Position numbers and translations under genes: made by a program. A DNA stretch of 63,186 bases, the filler included, from Methanobacteriota archaeon (GTDB lineage Archaea > JACRDV01), in assembly GCA_024860865.1 (NCBI GenBank). It is 10 parts of 10 records of this genome, joined end to end, with 100 filler letters (N's around TTAATTAATTAA, not from the genome) between each part and the next. Parts side by side here need not be neighbours in the genome. Positions count along the whole stretch, not along the records: positions 1 to 12,157 come from JACRDV010000141.1; positions 12,258 to 24,681 come from JACRDV010000140.1; 8 more parts are not named here. One strand, given 5' to 3'. The notes beneath the pieces are model-generated. The model did not search any database, was not told the DNA's origin, and saw only the letters and a list, made by a program, of their open reading frames with translations. Below are positions 10,901 through 20,447 of the stretch, piece by piece; position 1 is the first letter of the stretch, and each line of letters begins with the position of its first letter.

Positions 10901-12077
10901 TGGTGGACCAATTATCGGCGGAATTCATGATCATATCTCTGGAGCATTTATATTGACTAGAAAAGAGACCGCCTTTACCAAAGGAGAAGCTTACCAATTG
11001 CTTAGAGCTGCTGGAATTGAAAAAGATCTCCCAGAACCAGCTATTAAAGAACGCAAAGCTGAATACTGGACTGGCAAACAACTTTTTAGTATGGCGTTGC
11101 CAGAAGACTTTAATCTTAGTTATAAAGCAAAATTTTGTACAAAATGCGAAAAGTGTCTGAAAGAAAAATGCCAAATTGATGCATATGTTGTGATAAAAAA
11201 TGGTCAGTTAATTTGTGGAGTTATGGATGAAAAATCATTTGGCGCTTTTGCTGGAGACTTACTTGATCGGATAGTTAAAGATTATGGTACTGATGTAGCA
11301 AGACAATTTCTAGATTCAGCAACTAAACTTGTAGTTAAATCGCTTATGAAAAAAGGTTTTAGTGTTGGAATTGATGAGGAAGATATACCAACTGAGGCAA
11401 AAGAACGAATCGAAGATATATTGGACCGCGCGAAACAAAAAGTTAACGACCTCATTGATGCCTACAAAAAGGGAGAACTTGAACCCCTACCAGGTAGAAC
11501 TCTAAAAGAAACTCTTGAAATGCAAATAATGAGAGTCTTAGGTGAATCCAGAGATAAAACTGGTAAAATTGCTAGCGAGTATTTGGGTCTTAGTAATCAC
11601 GCTGTTTTGATGGCTAAAAGCGGTGCACGCGGAAGTATGCTAAATCTTACCCAAATGGCCGCTTGTGTTGGACAGCAAGCAGTTCGAGGGGAACGGATTC
11701 ATCGTGGTTACCGCAATCGAACCTTACCTTATTTTAAGCCAGGAGACCTGGGTGCAGAAGCTCATGGATTTGTAAGATCAAATTACAAAAGTGGACTTAA
11801 TCCGCTCGAATTTTTCTTCCATTCAATGGGGGGTAGAGAAGGATTAGTTGATACTGCAGTCAGGACTTCACAAAGTGGTTACATGCAACGGAGATTAATA
11901 AATGCGCTCCAAGACCTCAAGGTTGAATTTGATGGAACAGTGCGCGATAATAGAGGCGTTATAATCCAATTTAGCTATGGCGAAGATGGAATTGATCCCT
12001 CAAAAAGTGATTGGGGTAAAGCAGTGAACGTTTATAAAATAATTGAGAAGGTTTTAGGTCCGGAGGCCAAAGCTTGA
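7935..12077 (+). CDS. rpoA1: RNA polymerase subunit A' containing an intein
   Basis: CKTC...CPGHFGH, NRQPSLH, NADFDGD, AVRTSQSGYMQRR; GTG start 7935 after GAGGTG. Confidence 0.96.
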   Translation: MPIVGAPKRISKIDFGVLSPDEIRKMSVIKIITADTYDEDGYPIERGLMDPKLGVIDPGLRCKTCGGRVGECPGHFGHIELAAPVIHAGYAKQIYEMLRGTCHACNKILLSGKQTEHFKKTMEEAEKNGEDKWVILDKILQTTRKAKKCLKCGTAQKEMKFEKPTTLIEDGHRLTPSDIRDRLEKIPNEDAQLLGIDTKVARPEWMVLTVLTVPPVTVRPSITLETGERSEDDLTHKLVDILRINQRLRENREAGAPQLIIEDLWELLQYHITTYFDNEVSGVPPARHRSGRPLRTLAQRLKGKEGRFRSNLSGKRVNFSARTVISPDPNISINEVGVPEVAAKELTVPEKVTSRNIEALKQLIIKGPNVHPGANYVLRPDDRRIKITDESKDKIIAELAPGYTVERHLANGDLVLFNRQPSLHRMSIMAHEVKIMPYKTFRLNLCVCVAPETKLTLDGFQRPIEQLKNCWKESQVITYKNNQKIFKTSLSAFWSLKPKDYGKRILKINTNNERELIATEDHPIYTIRGLVKAGDIKIGDRVIVYPIEFPEYEDVEKVILTENDIVKSATKQTYVKHLISELKKRNLLPLALLNNPKALILTKLLGHIFGDGALILKDDVGRAVFRSDVEDLEDIQNDIRMLGFEPGEIKTREYNAEITTYESKKLKVSSVGSSFEVRNKAFATLMKALGAPNGDKVLLDYKVPKWILESPKYVKKVFLAAYFGSELTIPALRKNCKKLFRELVFKISKIEDKINYADDFIKGIEFLLKEFGISISSISRENGNIRKDGKKTKITIVALCSDLESAINFFGKIGYIYNRKADSIARLAYQYLKFKKEELKKRKKILSDIKVWNRKSESLLSIARRNGISVSTLYNWRSRGVNEESLNTSPDFLDFDEWLKTNCYDVKSGLVIEKVISVKDTFTPYVYDITTTADTHNFIANGFLTGNCPPYNADFDGDEMNLHVMQGEEAQAEARILMRVQEQILSPRFGGPIIGGIHDHISGAFILTRKETAFTKGEAYQLLRAAGIEKDLPEPAIKERKAEYWTGKQLFSMALPEDFNLSYKAKFCTKCEKCLKEKCQIDAYVVIKNGQLICGVMDEKSFGAFAGDLLDRIVKDYGTDVARQFLDSATKLVVKSLMKKGFSVGIDEEDIPTEAKERIEDILDRAKQKVNDLIDAYKKGELEPLPGRTLKETLEMQIMRVLGESRDKTGKIASEYLGLSNHAVLMAKSGARGSMLNLTQMAACVGQQAVRGERIHRGYRNRTLPYFKPGDLGAEAHGFVRSNYKSGLNPLEFFFHSMGGREGLVDTAVRTSQSGYMQRRLINALQDLKVEFDGTVRDNRGVIIQFSYGEDGIDPSKSDWGKAVNVYKIIEKVLGPEAKA
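9276..10775 (+). mobile_element. 500-aa intein with LAGLIDADG homing-endonuclease region in RpoA'
   Basis: Starts CVAPET, ends HNFIANGFLTGN|C; LLGHIFGDG and FLAAYFGSE blocks; removal restores RLNLCV-CPPYNADFDGD. Confidence 0.95.
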
Positions 12078-12157
12078 AAAAAGAAGGTTCTAAGAATGAA
12101 CAAAAAATAAAAGCATTAAGAGATCATAAACAAAATAACAAAATAGAAGATTTAAAA

Positions 12158-12257
12158 NNNNNNNNNNNNNNNNNNNNNNNNNNNNNNNNNNNNNNNNNNN
12201 NTTAATTAATTAANNNNNNNNNNNNNNNNNNNNNNNNNNNNNNNNNNNNNNNNNNNN
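12158..12257. other. artificial contig linker (same linker at 24682, 30436, 37203, 40350, 45464, 49901, 55032, 58730)
   Basis: Identical 100-nt N-TTAATTAATTAA-N spacers with stops in all frames. Confidence 0.98.
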
Positions 12258-13078
12258 AGATCTCTTAACCTTGCGGGCATGAATGCGCCATCGCTCAAGC
12301 TTCCTCTGCTTCCATCTGCAATTCTAATTGCAGGTCCAGCTCCTAATTTTGCATAACCATATGCGTCTAAACTTGGAAAATCTGCAGCAGTAGTAGTGTC
12401 TATAATAATTGCAAGATCCGGATTGAGTTTAAAGGCAGAAACTGTTGCTCCTCTTAAACCAATTTCTTCTTGAACATTTCCAACTGCATATATTGTCGCA
12501 TCAATTGGATCCAATTGTTTTATAATTTCAATCAAAGCCAGGCAGCCCAACCTATCATCAAAGGCTTTCCCAACAATAAAGTCCTCATTCAAGTCAGCCA
12601 ATTCTCTATCCAGACTAATTGGAGATCCAACTTGAACTCCAATCTGTTTTGCATCTTCTTCATTCACACAACCAATATCAATAAACATTTCTTCAATTTC
12701 TGGTTGCTCTTTCTTTTTTTCTTGAGGTAAGAACTCAAATGGACTGAAAATTACCCCGGGATAATTTCCACTTTTGGCATGAACGACAACCCTTTGACCA
12801 AGCAAAGTTTGGTTTACTATCCCTCCAACTTTTGCAAATTTAGTAAATCCCTTTTTATCAACATACTTAACTAATAATCCAATTGTGTCGATGTGCGCAC
12901 TGAGCATTATAACGGGTCTGCCTTTTACTCCTTGCTTTTTTGCAATCAAATTTCCAAGATTATCAACTATTATTTCGTTAACATATGGTTTCAATTCGCG
13001 AGCCATTATGCTACGCACGTCGTCTTCAAACCCTGATATCCCGCTCGCTTGGACCAATTCTTTAAGCAAGTTTTTCAT
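12258..13078 (-). CDS. M42 family (TET-like) aminopeptidase, truncated by contig end
   Basis: SGISGFE, AHIDTIG, KAFDDRLG, VQEEIGLRGA. Confidence 0.93.
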
Positions 13079-13147
13079 AACCTATACCAAAAATAATATA
13101 GACTAAACTCATTCACTTTAAATTTAAATCCTTTATTGTGAGCGCAT

Positions 13148-13993
13148 ATGAGGCTTCAAATTACTTTAATTCCGCCTGAATCGAAAAAATTGATTGCAAA
13201 AGCAGTCGTGGAGCTTGATGTAGTGAAAAATGCCTTAAAAAATGGAATCATTGCCATAGCTTTGGGCACCACAACTAGCTACATTGCAGAGGCTCTAACA
13301 AACAAACAAATCCCTAAAGAGAAATATGTAGCTGGAATTGTAACCCAAGATAGAACTTGTGTAGTTCCAACAAATGAAAGAATTTCGGAGATAATTTTGA
13401 AAAATGGGCGACCATATCCAGTACCTATCGACAAAGCAGTTGCAGAGATGGATGGAAACGACGTTTTCATTAAAGGTGCAAATGCGGTTGATCCTGATAG
13501 ACATGCTGGAGTTTTTCTTGCAAGCACTGTTGGAGGAACAATCGGTCGCAACCTTGGAATTTTAATGGCGAGAGGCATAAATATAATCGTTCCTGTTAGC
13601 TTAGAAAAGTTGATCCCAATATCAGTAATAGAAGCGAGCAAAGAAGCGGGAATTACAAAAATTGATTATTCAATGGGAGTTCCTATCGGTATTATGCCAA
13701 TAGTTGGAGGAAAAGTTGTAACAGAAATAGAAGCGATTGAAATTTTAACTGGGGCACGTGCAATTCCGATTGGTGCAGGCGGGGTAAAGGGAGCAGAAGG
13801 CAGCATTACTTTAATTGTTAAGGGTACTGAAGAGCAAATTAAAAAAGCAATTGAGTTGATTGAAGGAATTAAAGGAGAGAAGGCAGCTGCTGTAAAGGCT
13901 GGAGATTGTGAAATTTGTACATATAGGCATTGCCCATTCTTTGGGCAAAAAGAGAGGACTACTTTCATAGGAAAGGTTAAGAGAGGTGGATGA
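13148..13993 (+). CDS. conserved hypothetical protein (possible NagB/RpiA/CoA-transferase-like fold), C-terminal Cys cluster
   Basis: GTTTSY, FIKGANAVD, PVSLEK; CEICTYRHC. Confidence 0.7.
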   Translation: MRLQITLIPPESKKLIAKAVVELDVVKNALKNGIIAIALGTTTSYIAEALTNKQIPKEKYVAGIVTQDRTCVVPTNERISEIILKNGRPYPVPIDKAVAEMDGNDVFIKGANAVDPDRHAGVFLASTVGGTIGRNLGILMARGINIIVPVSLEKLIPISVIEASKEAGITKIDYSMGVPIGIMPIVGGKVVTEIEAIEILTGARAIPIGAGGVKGAEGSITLIVKGTEEQIKKAIELIEGIKGEKAAAVKAGDCEICTYRHCPFFGQKERTTFIGKVKRGG

Positions 13994-14538
13994 TGCCAAA
14001 AGTAGTTGTTTTATTGGCACCAGGTTTTGAAGAGGTTGAAATGGCCTCAATTGTTGACACTTTAAGAAGAGCCGGAATAGATGTTACATTAGCTGGGCTT
14101 CAGAGCGGTACGATAACCGGAGCTCATGGATTAAGAGTTATAGCAGATACCTTAATTGACACGATAAATCCTGAAAAATTCGATTCTGTCATTTTGCCAG
14201 GTGGTTCGCCAGGTTGGATGAATCTCAAAAAAGATAACCGAGTAATTAAGCTAGTTCAGGAGTTTAACAAAAAGAGGAAGATTATTGCCGCAATTTGTGG
14301 TGCTTCAAGTGTTTTAGCTGCTGCAGGAGTCTTAAAGGATAAAAGAGCAACAATTTATCCTGGCATGGAAAGTGAGCTGACTGATGCAAAACCTGCTTCA
14401 GAGCGAGTTGTTGTGGATGGAAAAATAATAACTAGTCAAGGTCCAGGAACTGCAATTGAATTCGGATTGAAGCTTGCCGAAATCTTAGTTAGCAAATCAA
14501 GAGCTGAAGATGTAAAAAGAGCAATGGTTGTCAAGTAA
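13990..14538 (+). CDS. DJ-1/PfpI/YajL family protein
   Basis: GFEEVE, LPGG, AAICG, TSQGPGT. Confidence 0.93.
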   Translation: MMPKVVVLLAPGFEEVEMASIVDTLRRAGIDVTLAGLQSGTITGAHGLRVIADTLIDTINPEKFDSVILPGGSPGWMNLKKDNRVIKLVQEFNKKRKIIAAICGASSVLAAAGVLKDKRATIYPGMESELTDAKPASERVVVDGKIITSQGPGTAIEFGLKLAEILVSKSRAEDVKRAMVVK

Positions 14539-14551
14539 AGATGTTTCCAAT

Positions 14552-14641
14552 GGGCCCGTGTTATAGTCTGGATTAGCATCCAGGGCTCCGGTCTTCGGGA
14601 GATACCCTGGGACCCGGGTTCAAATCCCGGCGGGCCCGCCA
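14552..14641 (+). tRNA. tRNA-Arg(CCG) with 12-nt intron at 37/38 (14592-14603), encoded CCA
   Basis: GGGCCCG/CGGGCCC acceptor, CAGGG-CT-CCG-G|TCTTCGGGAGAT|A-CCCTG, BHB CTCC/GGAG; D-stem weak. Confidence 0.85.
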
Positions 14642-14692
14642 CAAAACTTATTCGGGTCCCTTATCTTTTATTTATGATCATGATAATTCTAT

Positions 14693-15027
14693 CTAGGAAA
14701 CTGCGGGGGGAGGGGTCAACCAATCAGTTGGCAGAGCCTCTACAAGTTTCTCCTTCTTTTTGTATGCACTCTCGTTTATGAGGGATATGAGTTTGTTGGT
14801 CACTTCCTTGTATGGCTCCACGATCTGACCGATGGAGTAGTCTAAAAACTCGTGTTTCAGGGTTTCTATGGCCACGTCCTCACTCTTCTCATAAATATAG
14901 ATGATATTTCCTTCCATTTTACCCGGGGTTGTCGAAGAAGATATCCAAAATTCTCAACTTTGGGGAGTAGCCGAAAGCCTTAATCAACAGTGATTCTCCG
15001 AGATTCTTGTACCTGACTTCGTTCACG
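14693..15027 (-). pseudogene. two gene fragments (HEFLDY-containing fragment and N-terminus of a winged-helix regulator)
   Basis: ESLLIKAFGYSPKLRILDIFFDNP followed by an early stop; 74-aa partial ORF. Confidence 0.4.
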
Positions 15028-15087
15028 CTCTCACAAATGTGGATTGGGGGCTTAAGTATTTATATGCTCTGAAAACTAATTTGAATA

Positions 15088-15333
15088 GTGACCCTTATGG
15101 CAGACGTTGGAGCTGAACGCTTGGCTCAGAAGCGGGTTGAGGATTTAATAGCGATAAGCCTATACCAGGCAAGGGCTAACAGGGTAAAGGAGTATGTGAG
15201 AGAGCTTTACAAGGGCTACGAACCCTACTTAAAACCATTAGAGAAAGTTAGGGAGATTTTAGCCAACGAAATAGCTGGAGAGAAAATGTTGAGCCAGGAG
15301 GTTGTTGAGCTTCGAAGAAGGGAGACACATTGA
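15088..15333 (+). CDS. putative antitoxin (VapB-like)
   Basis: Small ORF abutting a PIN gene; C-terminal LSQEVVELRR. Confidence 0.7.
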   Translation: MTLMADVGAERLAQKRVEDLIAISLYQARANRVKEYVRELYKGYEPYLKPLEKVREILANEIAGEKMLSQEVVELRRRETH

Positions 15334-15813
15334 ATGGCCACCTTCTACTTCGATACCTCTGCTATAGTAAAAAGATACCGTAAAGAAATTGGTTCTGAGA
15401 TTTTAGACAAGATATTTGAACGTAAGGAGCACGCTTTCACTATTTCGTTCTGGAGCGTACTTGAGTTTATAGTCGCCTTCTCAACTCGAATGAGAAGGGA
15501 AGGGTTGTCAAGAGAGGCTTTTAATGCTGTTGTCTCACGTTTCCTTAAGGATGTTTTAGACAGGTTTGCCATAACTACTGTGAATGATGAACTTGTTGCT
15601 TCAGCGACTCCGCTAGCAGTTGAGCACGCTTTACCTTCAGCAGACTGTCTACAATTGGCTAGTGTGATACATATGAAAAAGGCCTTAGAACCCATAAAAG
15701 AAGAGCTTATTCTCATATGCTCAGATAAGGAATTATGCAGGGCAGCCGAAAAAGAAGGAATAGAATTCATTGATCCAGAGGAAAGAGATGCCTTAGAAAA
15801 ATTAAGTATATAA
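15334..15813 (+). CDS. vapC: PIN-domain VapC toxin
   Basis: YFDTSAIVKRY, LPSADCLQLAS, CSDKEL. Confidence 0.9.
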   Translation: MATFYFDTSAIVKRYRKEIGSEILDKIFERKEHAFTISFWSVLEFIVAFSTRMRREGLSREAFNAVVSRFLKDVLDRFAITTVNDELVASATPLAVEHALPSADCLQLASVIHMKKALEPIKEELILICSDKELCRAAEKEGIEFIDPEERDALEKLSI

Positions 15814-16061
15814 TTTGTAGTGATAATACTACTAAAAACTTAGGTAATTCATCTCCAAATATGAAATTAACTGGTTGCATATGAATTTTAAAAAAACATT
15901 CAAAAAAATAATCCAACAGAGGTTTCCCACAGAGATCTAACTTATTATCCTCAATCCATTCATTATGTTCCCCCTATAAACCTGCCAACAAAATTACAAT
16001 TGGAACTTGACATGCCAATAAACTGTAAACTAGATAAGAATCCTGCTCAACTTTTTTAGTT

Positions 16062-16352
16062 TCAAACTTTTTCTACAGTAATTTTTTTGCCTTCTATACC
16101 GAGAACGACTTCTTTACCGGGTTTAAGTTTGATGTGTTTCACATAGCTTCTAGGAATCCTTATCGCAAGGCTTCCTCCATGTTTGAATATTTTTCTCCTC
16201 TCTAATTTTACCACTGGAATTTTATCAAATTCCTTTTCACTAATCCATTCTTCACCGCAGCTGGGACAAATTTCCCCTTTCACATAAACTCCTTTACGAA
16301 ACTCGATCATTTTTTCTTTCATTTCGTTTTCGCAAAATGGACATTTAGTCAT
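16062..16352 (-). CDS. Zn-ribbon plus AbrB/MazE DNA-binding protein (putative antitoxin)
   Basis: CPFC...CPSCGEE then KHGGSLAIRIP..Y...I.LKPG.EV. Confidence 0.8.
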   Translation of the reverse strand: MTKCPFCENEMKEKMIEFRKGVYVKGEICPSCGEEWISEKEFDKIPVVKLERRKIFKHGGSLAIRIPRSYVKHIKLKPGKEVVLGIEGKKITVEKV

Positions 16353-16369
16353 TTTTATTCCCTCAGTTA

Positions 16370-16612
16370 TTATTTTACAGTGATTACCCACAACCAACCT
16401 CTTCTTATCGTAAATTCTATTTTAACAACTGACTCGCCAATCTCTGTTTCTAAGGTGCCTACACTTCCCTCTTTCTCTGGTCTACGAATTATCTTTGCTA
16501 CCTTTAGATAATGCCTAAATTGTTCCGTTTTTTCAATTTTGTACCGTTCTTTCAACCTTATTGCAGCATGCCTAGAATATCTCAGCGGTAAATTATGTAA
16601 TTCCCACTTCAT
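16370..16612 (-). CDS. putative RelE/DUF4258-like toxin
   Basis: YSRHAAIRLKER...WVITVK pattern directly upstream of the antitoxin-like gene. Confidence 0.55.
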   Translation of the reverse strand: MKWELHNLPLRYSRHAAIRLKERYKIEKTEQFRHYLKVAKIIRRPEKEGSVGTLETEIGESVVKIEFTIRRGWLWVITVK

Positions 16613-17147
16613 CTTTTCCAGATTTAAATAGATACTTTGTGTATACTTAAAACTTTTTGTTCGACAGCTATTAAATAGAGTTGAATAAACCATTTTCTGA
16701 GAAATATCTCAGAAATAACCATTAAATTACCTAATCCTTGCTCAAATATTGCTTGCTAGTTCAAACGCTAGTATAAAGCTAAAAGGGCCGCTATAAATTG
16801 GATTCAAAACCCTTGTATTAGGACCCAGTACTAGTACTTTCGGTTCAGATGCCGAAGGAGAGCTGACTTCAGAGCACGACTATCTTCCGAGGACCCAGAT
16901 TTCCGGCGTTGGTATGAGGATGTTATCCATGGCAGCATTGTTACAGCTCACCCTGCTTCGCATTGGGTTCGTCCACAAGAAATTCGGGATGACTCCAAAA
17001 CAGATAGCATCATTCAATCCTAAGCAACTTTTTCCGCTATACCTCTCCTTCCTAACCTTTCTATATTTCCTTACCGCTAATGCCATTCGATTTATTAGTA
17101 AAAACTTTGTTAAAAATGCGGAGAGTAGATTTAACCTTTAGAATTAA

Positions 17148-17585
17148 TCATAACAACTTCTCTGGCAAAATAACTTTTATTTCCCCAATTTTTCTAAAAT
17201 CGTCATCTCTTGTAATTAATGCAGATCCTGTTTTTAAAGCGGTTGTGGCTATCAAACTATCCAATAAAGATAATTTGTATTTATTAATTAATTCAAGCAT
17301 TATTGGTATTAAATCTTCAGAAAGGGGAATCGTTTTTAAAACATTTAGTTGAGAAAGATCGCGAAGATAGCTTAAAGCTTCACTTGCTTTTTTATAACCT
17401 AGATCCTGAAAAACTACCCAAACTACTTCAGCTAGGGTTACTGTTGATACAAAAACAGATTCAAATTTCTTTTCTTCTACCTTTCTTAATAGCTCACTCG
17501 AAGCTTTAACAAAAGTCCTTTCTTCAAAAATTACGTTTAGGAAGATGTTTGCATCCAAAACTATCTTCTTAATCTTCGCTCCCAT
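17148..17585 (-). CDS. vapC: PIN-domain VapC toxin
   Basis: VLDANIF, TLAE, LLDSLIATTA, LITRDDDF. Confidence 0.92.
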   Translation of the reverse strand: MGAKIKKIVLDANIFLNVIFEERTFVKASSELLRKVEEKKFESVFVSTVTLAEVVWVVFQDLGYKKASEALSYLRDLSQLNVLKTIPLSEDLIPIMLELINKYKLSLLDSLIATTALKTGSALITRDDDFRKIGEIKVILPEKLL

Positions 17586-17815
17586 TCTTTCTCAAACTCT
17601 TTATGCCATTCTAAACTGCTTTTACTTGGTTTCCCTAAACCCTTTAATTTTTCAACAATGCTAACTCTTCTAGGCTTTAAAGCTATTTCTTCTTTACGTA
17701 ATTCTAAAATGACCTTACTCCCCTTACCGATAGCAAATGTTTCTCTTAGAGTTTTAGGCAAAGTTAATTGTCCTTTGCTTGTAACTTTAACTACATACTT
17801 TTCTTTTATTTTCAT
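17561..17815 (-). CDS. AbrB/MazE antitoxin
   Basis: KVTSKGQLTLPK.LRE.F.I..G.KV; overlaps vapC. Confidence 0.9.
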   Translation of the reverse strand: MKIKEKYVVKVTSKGQLTLPKTLRETFAIGKGSKVILELRKEEIALKPRRVSIVEKLKGLGKPSKSSLEWHKEFEKEWERRLRR

Positions 17816-18030
17816 AAGTAAGAATTATATTTTCTTACTTTATAAATTTAATTGCTTTAAAGAAAGTGCGGATGAAAAGAAACACTCGGTTTGAAAGCAC
17901 ACATGGAATTTCAGAAGGTTCCCCTTGCAGAGCCGAGATTATTGTTGGATATCTCTTCCTGAAGCCTGGAATTTTTTTCAAAAATTCTTTTAGAGCTATT
18001 TTGGTATTTGTTTTTCTTGGTTGTTTAAAA

Positions 18031-19218
18031 CTATCTTCTAGGAGATGGATATGGCACTGGAGAAGGTATAGGTGGTCTGGGAGTTGGAGGTCCTGGCAAT
18101 CCCTTTGGTTTCCCTAATGATGCAAATATGTTGCCGAAACCTTTGAAACTAGTGATATTTGCATAAACATAATTTTGAATGATGTTAACGCCGCTTCCAA
18201 GAACCATTTCCCAAGCTGTTCCATTGTACTTGTACATTCTTAAAGTAGGCTCAAATACGTCAGCTGCTTCTGTTCTATTATAATGAATTTTAAGATGGAC
18301 CCATGCTGGAGTGCTATTGGTTATCTTGAGATACTTACCAATGTTCTGCAAACCTGAAGGATCGCTTGCCAGAGCATAGGAAGAGTTTACTTTAATATCT
18401 CCAGAGTAAGTGAAGCTTGCCCTTGTATTTGTGAACAAGTTTTTGGTCATAGCATTGCCCGAGGAGCTCTCAGAGATGAAATCCCACCAATTATCGTTAA
18501 GAGTGTTGTTAGTAAGTATGTTGTTATCGGAAGAATCGAGGAAGATTCCATAGGAGTTATTTGTAATATTATTATTGGAGATTTTGCAATTGCTTCTCCC
18601 AAAGGCATATATCCCTGCTCTACCTGCAGCACCCTTAATAGTGAACCCGCTTATCTTTACATTGTTTGCAGAAATTGCAACTGCATTTTTGTTTGCAGAA
18701 ATTGTAACTATGATTGTATTACCCGGGTCTCCAGAGGTCGACCTTAGAATCAACTTCTTAGTTATATTCACATTCTCATTATACGTGCCTGGGTCTACTG
18801 TTATGACATGCCCATCTAGCGTATCCCCATCGTCTATTGCTGCTTGAATGGTTGCAAAATTTTCGCCAGTATTTAAGTTATGAACTGAATTTACAAATAT
18901 GCTCAGTTCAGCACTTTTTGTTGTTTGATTGGAATAAATGCTATGTATCAAAACAACAATTTCGTCAAAATATTTTACAACTTCTCCTGCTTTAGCATAT
19001 CCTGACTTAATAACAACTCCATCTTTTTTGATCTCAACGTAAGCCTTGTCAACACCACCGCTCGACATGACATCTACTAGCTTTACTGAATAAGCGCCAA
19101 CCGTTGTGCTTTCACCTAGGTTGAGGATTATATGCTCTTTAACAATAGCATCTACTTCCATTGGTACTAGTAAAACAAAAATAGCCAATGTGATGAAGAA
19201 AACAAATTTTATTCTCAT
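18031..19218 (-). CDS. secreted/cell-surface protein with S-layer-like and NosD beta-helix domains and a Pro-rich tail
   Basis: Signal peptide, TIQAAID...PGTYNENV, Asn-rich helix repeats, many N-x-S/T sites. Confidence 0.75.
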   Translation of the reverse strand: MRIKFVFFITLAIFVLLVPMEVDAIVKEHIILNLGESTTVGAYSVKLVDVMSSGGVDKAYVEIKKDGVVIKSGYAKAGEVVKYFDEIVVLIHSIYSNQTTKSAELSIFVNSVHNLNTGENFATIQAAIDDGDTLDGHVITVDPGTYNENVNITKKLILRSTSGDPGNTIIVTISANKNAVAISANNVKISGFTIKGAAGRAGIYAFGRSNCKISNNNITNNSYGIFLDSSDNNILTNNTLNDNWWDFISESSSGNAMTKNLFTNTRASFTYSGDIKVNSSYALASDPSGLQNIGKYLKITNSTPAWVHLKIHYNRTEAADVFEPTLRMYKYNGTAWEMVLGSGVNIIQNYVYANITSFKGFGNIFASLGKPKGLPGPPTPRPPIPSPVPYPSPRR

Positions 19219-19502
19219 ACTTCAGAGCGCCTAAAATTTATTATCTTTGATAATAATTACTTTAATTAGAGCATAGTTATGATGGATAAATGTGGGTAAA
19301 TATTATTATTTATATATTGCGCCCAAAAAAATTGGACAATTTAAAAATCGAAAATCGGAGAAAGCGTTTAATATAATTTTGAAAAGTTATATAATAAATA
19401 GCCAATGGGGAAAAAACCTCCTTCTTCTCCCCACTCTGCGAACAAATTTCAAAAATAGAGCTTTCACTAATTCAATTTATTTTTAAAATACTAGGCTCCG
19501 CA

Positions 19503-20447
19503 AATTTCTCTCAGTTTGTTTAGCTGATCATGAGTCCCAACCGCAACGATAACCATGTCTTCCTCGATAAATTTTCCTTCTTTGCTTGCTGCAATTACTG
19601 CAGTTCCAGTTTTTTCCTCAGATTTAACTCTTTTAATGTCTTTCCAATCATCGATGACCCTGATTTTACAATAAATTCTCCTATCTCGACCCCTTCAGCT
19701 AAACACAACCTGGTGATAAACTCAGCAACATGTGGTTTAATAGTGGCTTTTGCCATCACTCTGGCCCGCTATGGAAGGAGAGATTTACTTCATCAGCGCC
19801 AGCATGGTAGAGCTTGTTAATAGTTTTGGTCCTATTAGCCTTCACAATGACCTTGATATTTGGATTTAGATTTTTCGCTGTGAGCTATGAGTGTGACGAA
19901 AACATTTTGATGCATCATCATCGAGCGCACTGATCAATGATTGCGCTTTTTTATTCCAACTTCTTCAAGAATTTCATCGCTTGTTGCATCGCCATGAATT
20001 ACTTGAATTCCTTGCTCCACTAGTTCTCTAACTTTTTCTGTGTCCTCTTTATTACCACAAAGTTTGTGCCAATGGCATTTAGGTCTTCCACAGCAACACT
20101 GCCAACATCTCCATATCCACAGATTATCACGTGATTTTCAAATTCTTTTTTTGCTTTCACCAATCCAAGCTCCTCCTCTAAGCTTTCTTTAACCCTAGTT
20201 TCAAGTAATGGTGGCAAAATCCAAAAAATAAATCCAATCCCGATAATTACGATTATAGTTGAGAGCACTTTACCATAAGCTGTTTCCAATGGAGCATATC
20301 CAATTGTTGTAATAGTCGCCACAGCTAAGTGAAAAGCATCAACTAAATCTAATCCTTCTAAAAAAGAAAATGCAACGGTAGAAAATACCACTAGAGAAAC
20401 TAGACCTACAATTACAATGGTGAACTTATCTCTTAGTTTTTTTGCAT
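19503..20447 (-). pseudogene. frameshifted potassium channel (pore + TrkA-N + TrkA-C)
   Basis: ATITTIGY, HVIICGYGDVG and TrkA-C fragments spread over several frames; ATG 20447 out of frame at an A7 run. Confidence 0.75.

Noticed and set aside
12074-12157. Start of rpoA''
   Set aside because: Position fits, but the 28 codons before the gap show no recognisable motif
17860-18030. IPGF (PGF-CTERM-like) peptide in a shifted frame after the NosD protein
   Set aside because: Not followed by a transmembrane helix; too weak to call
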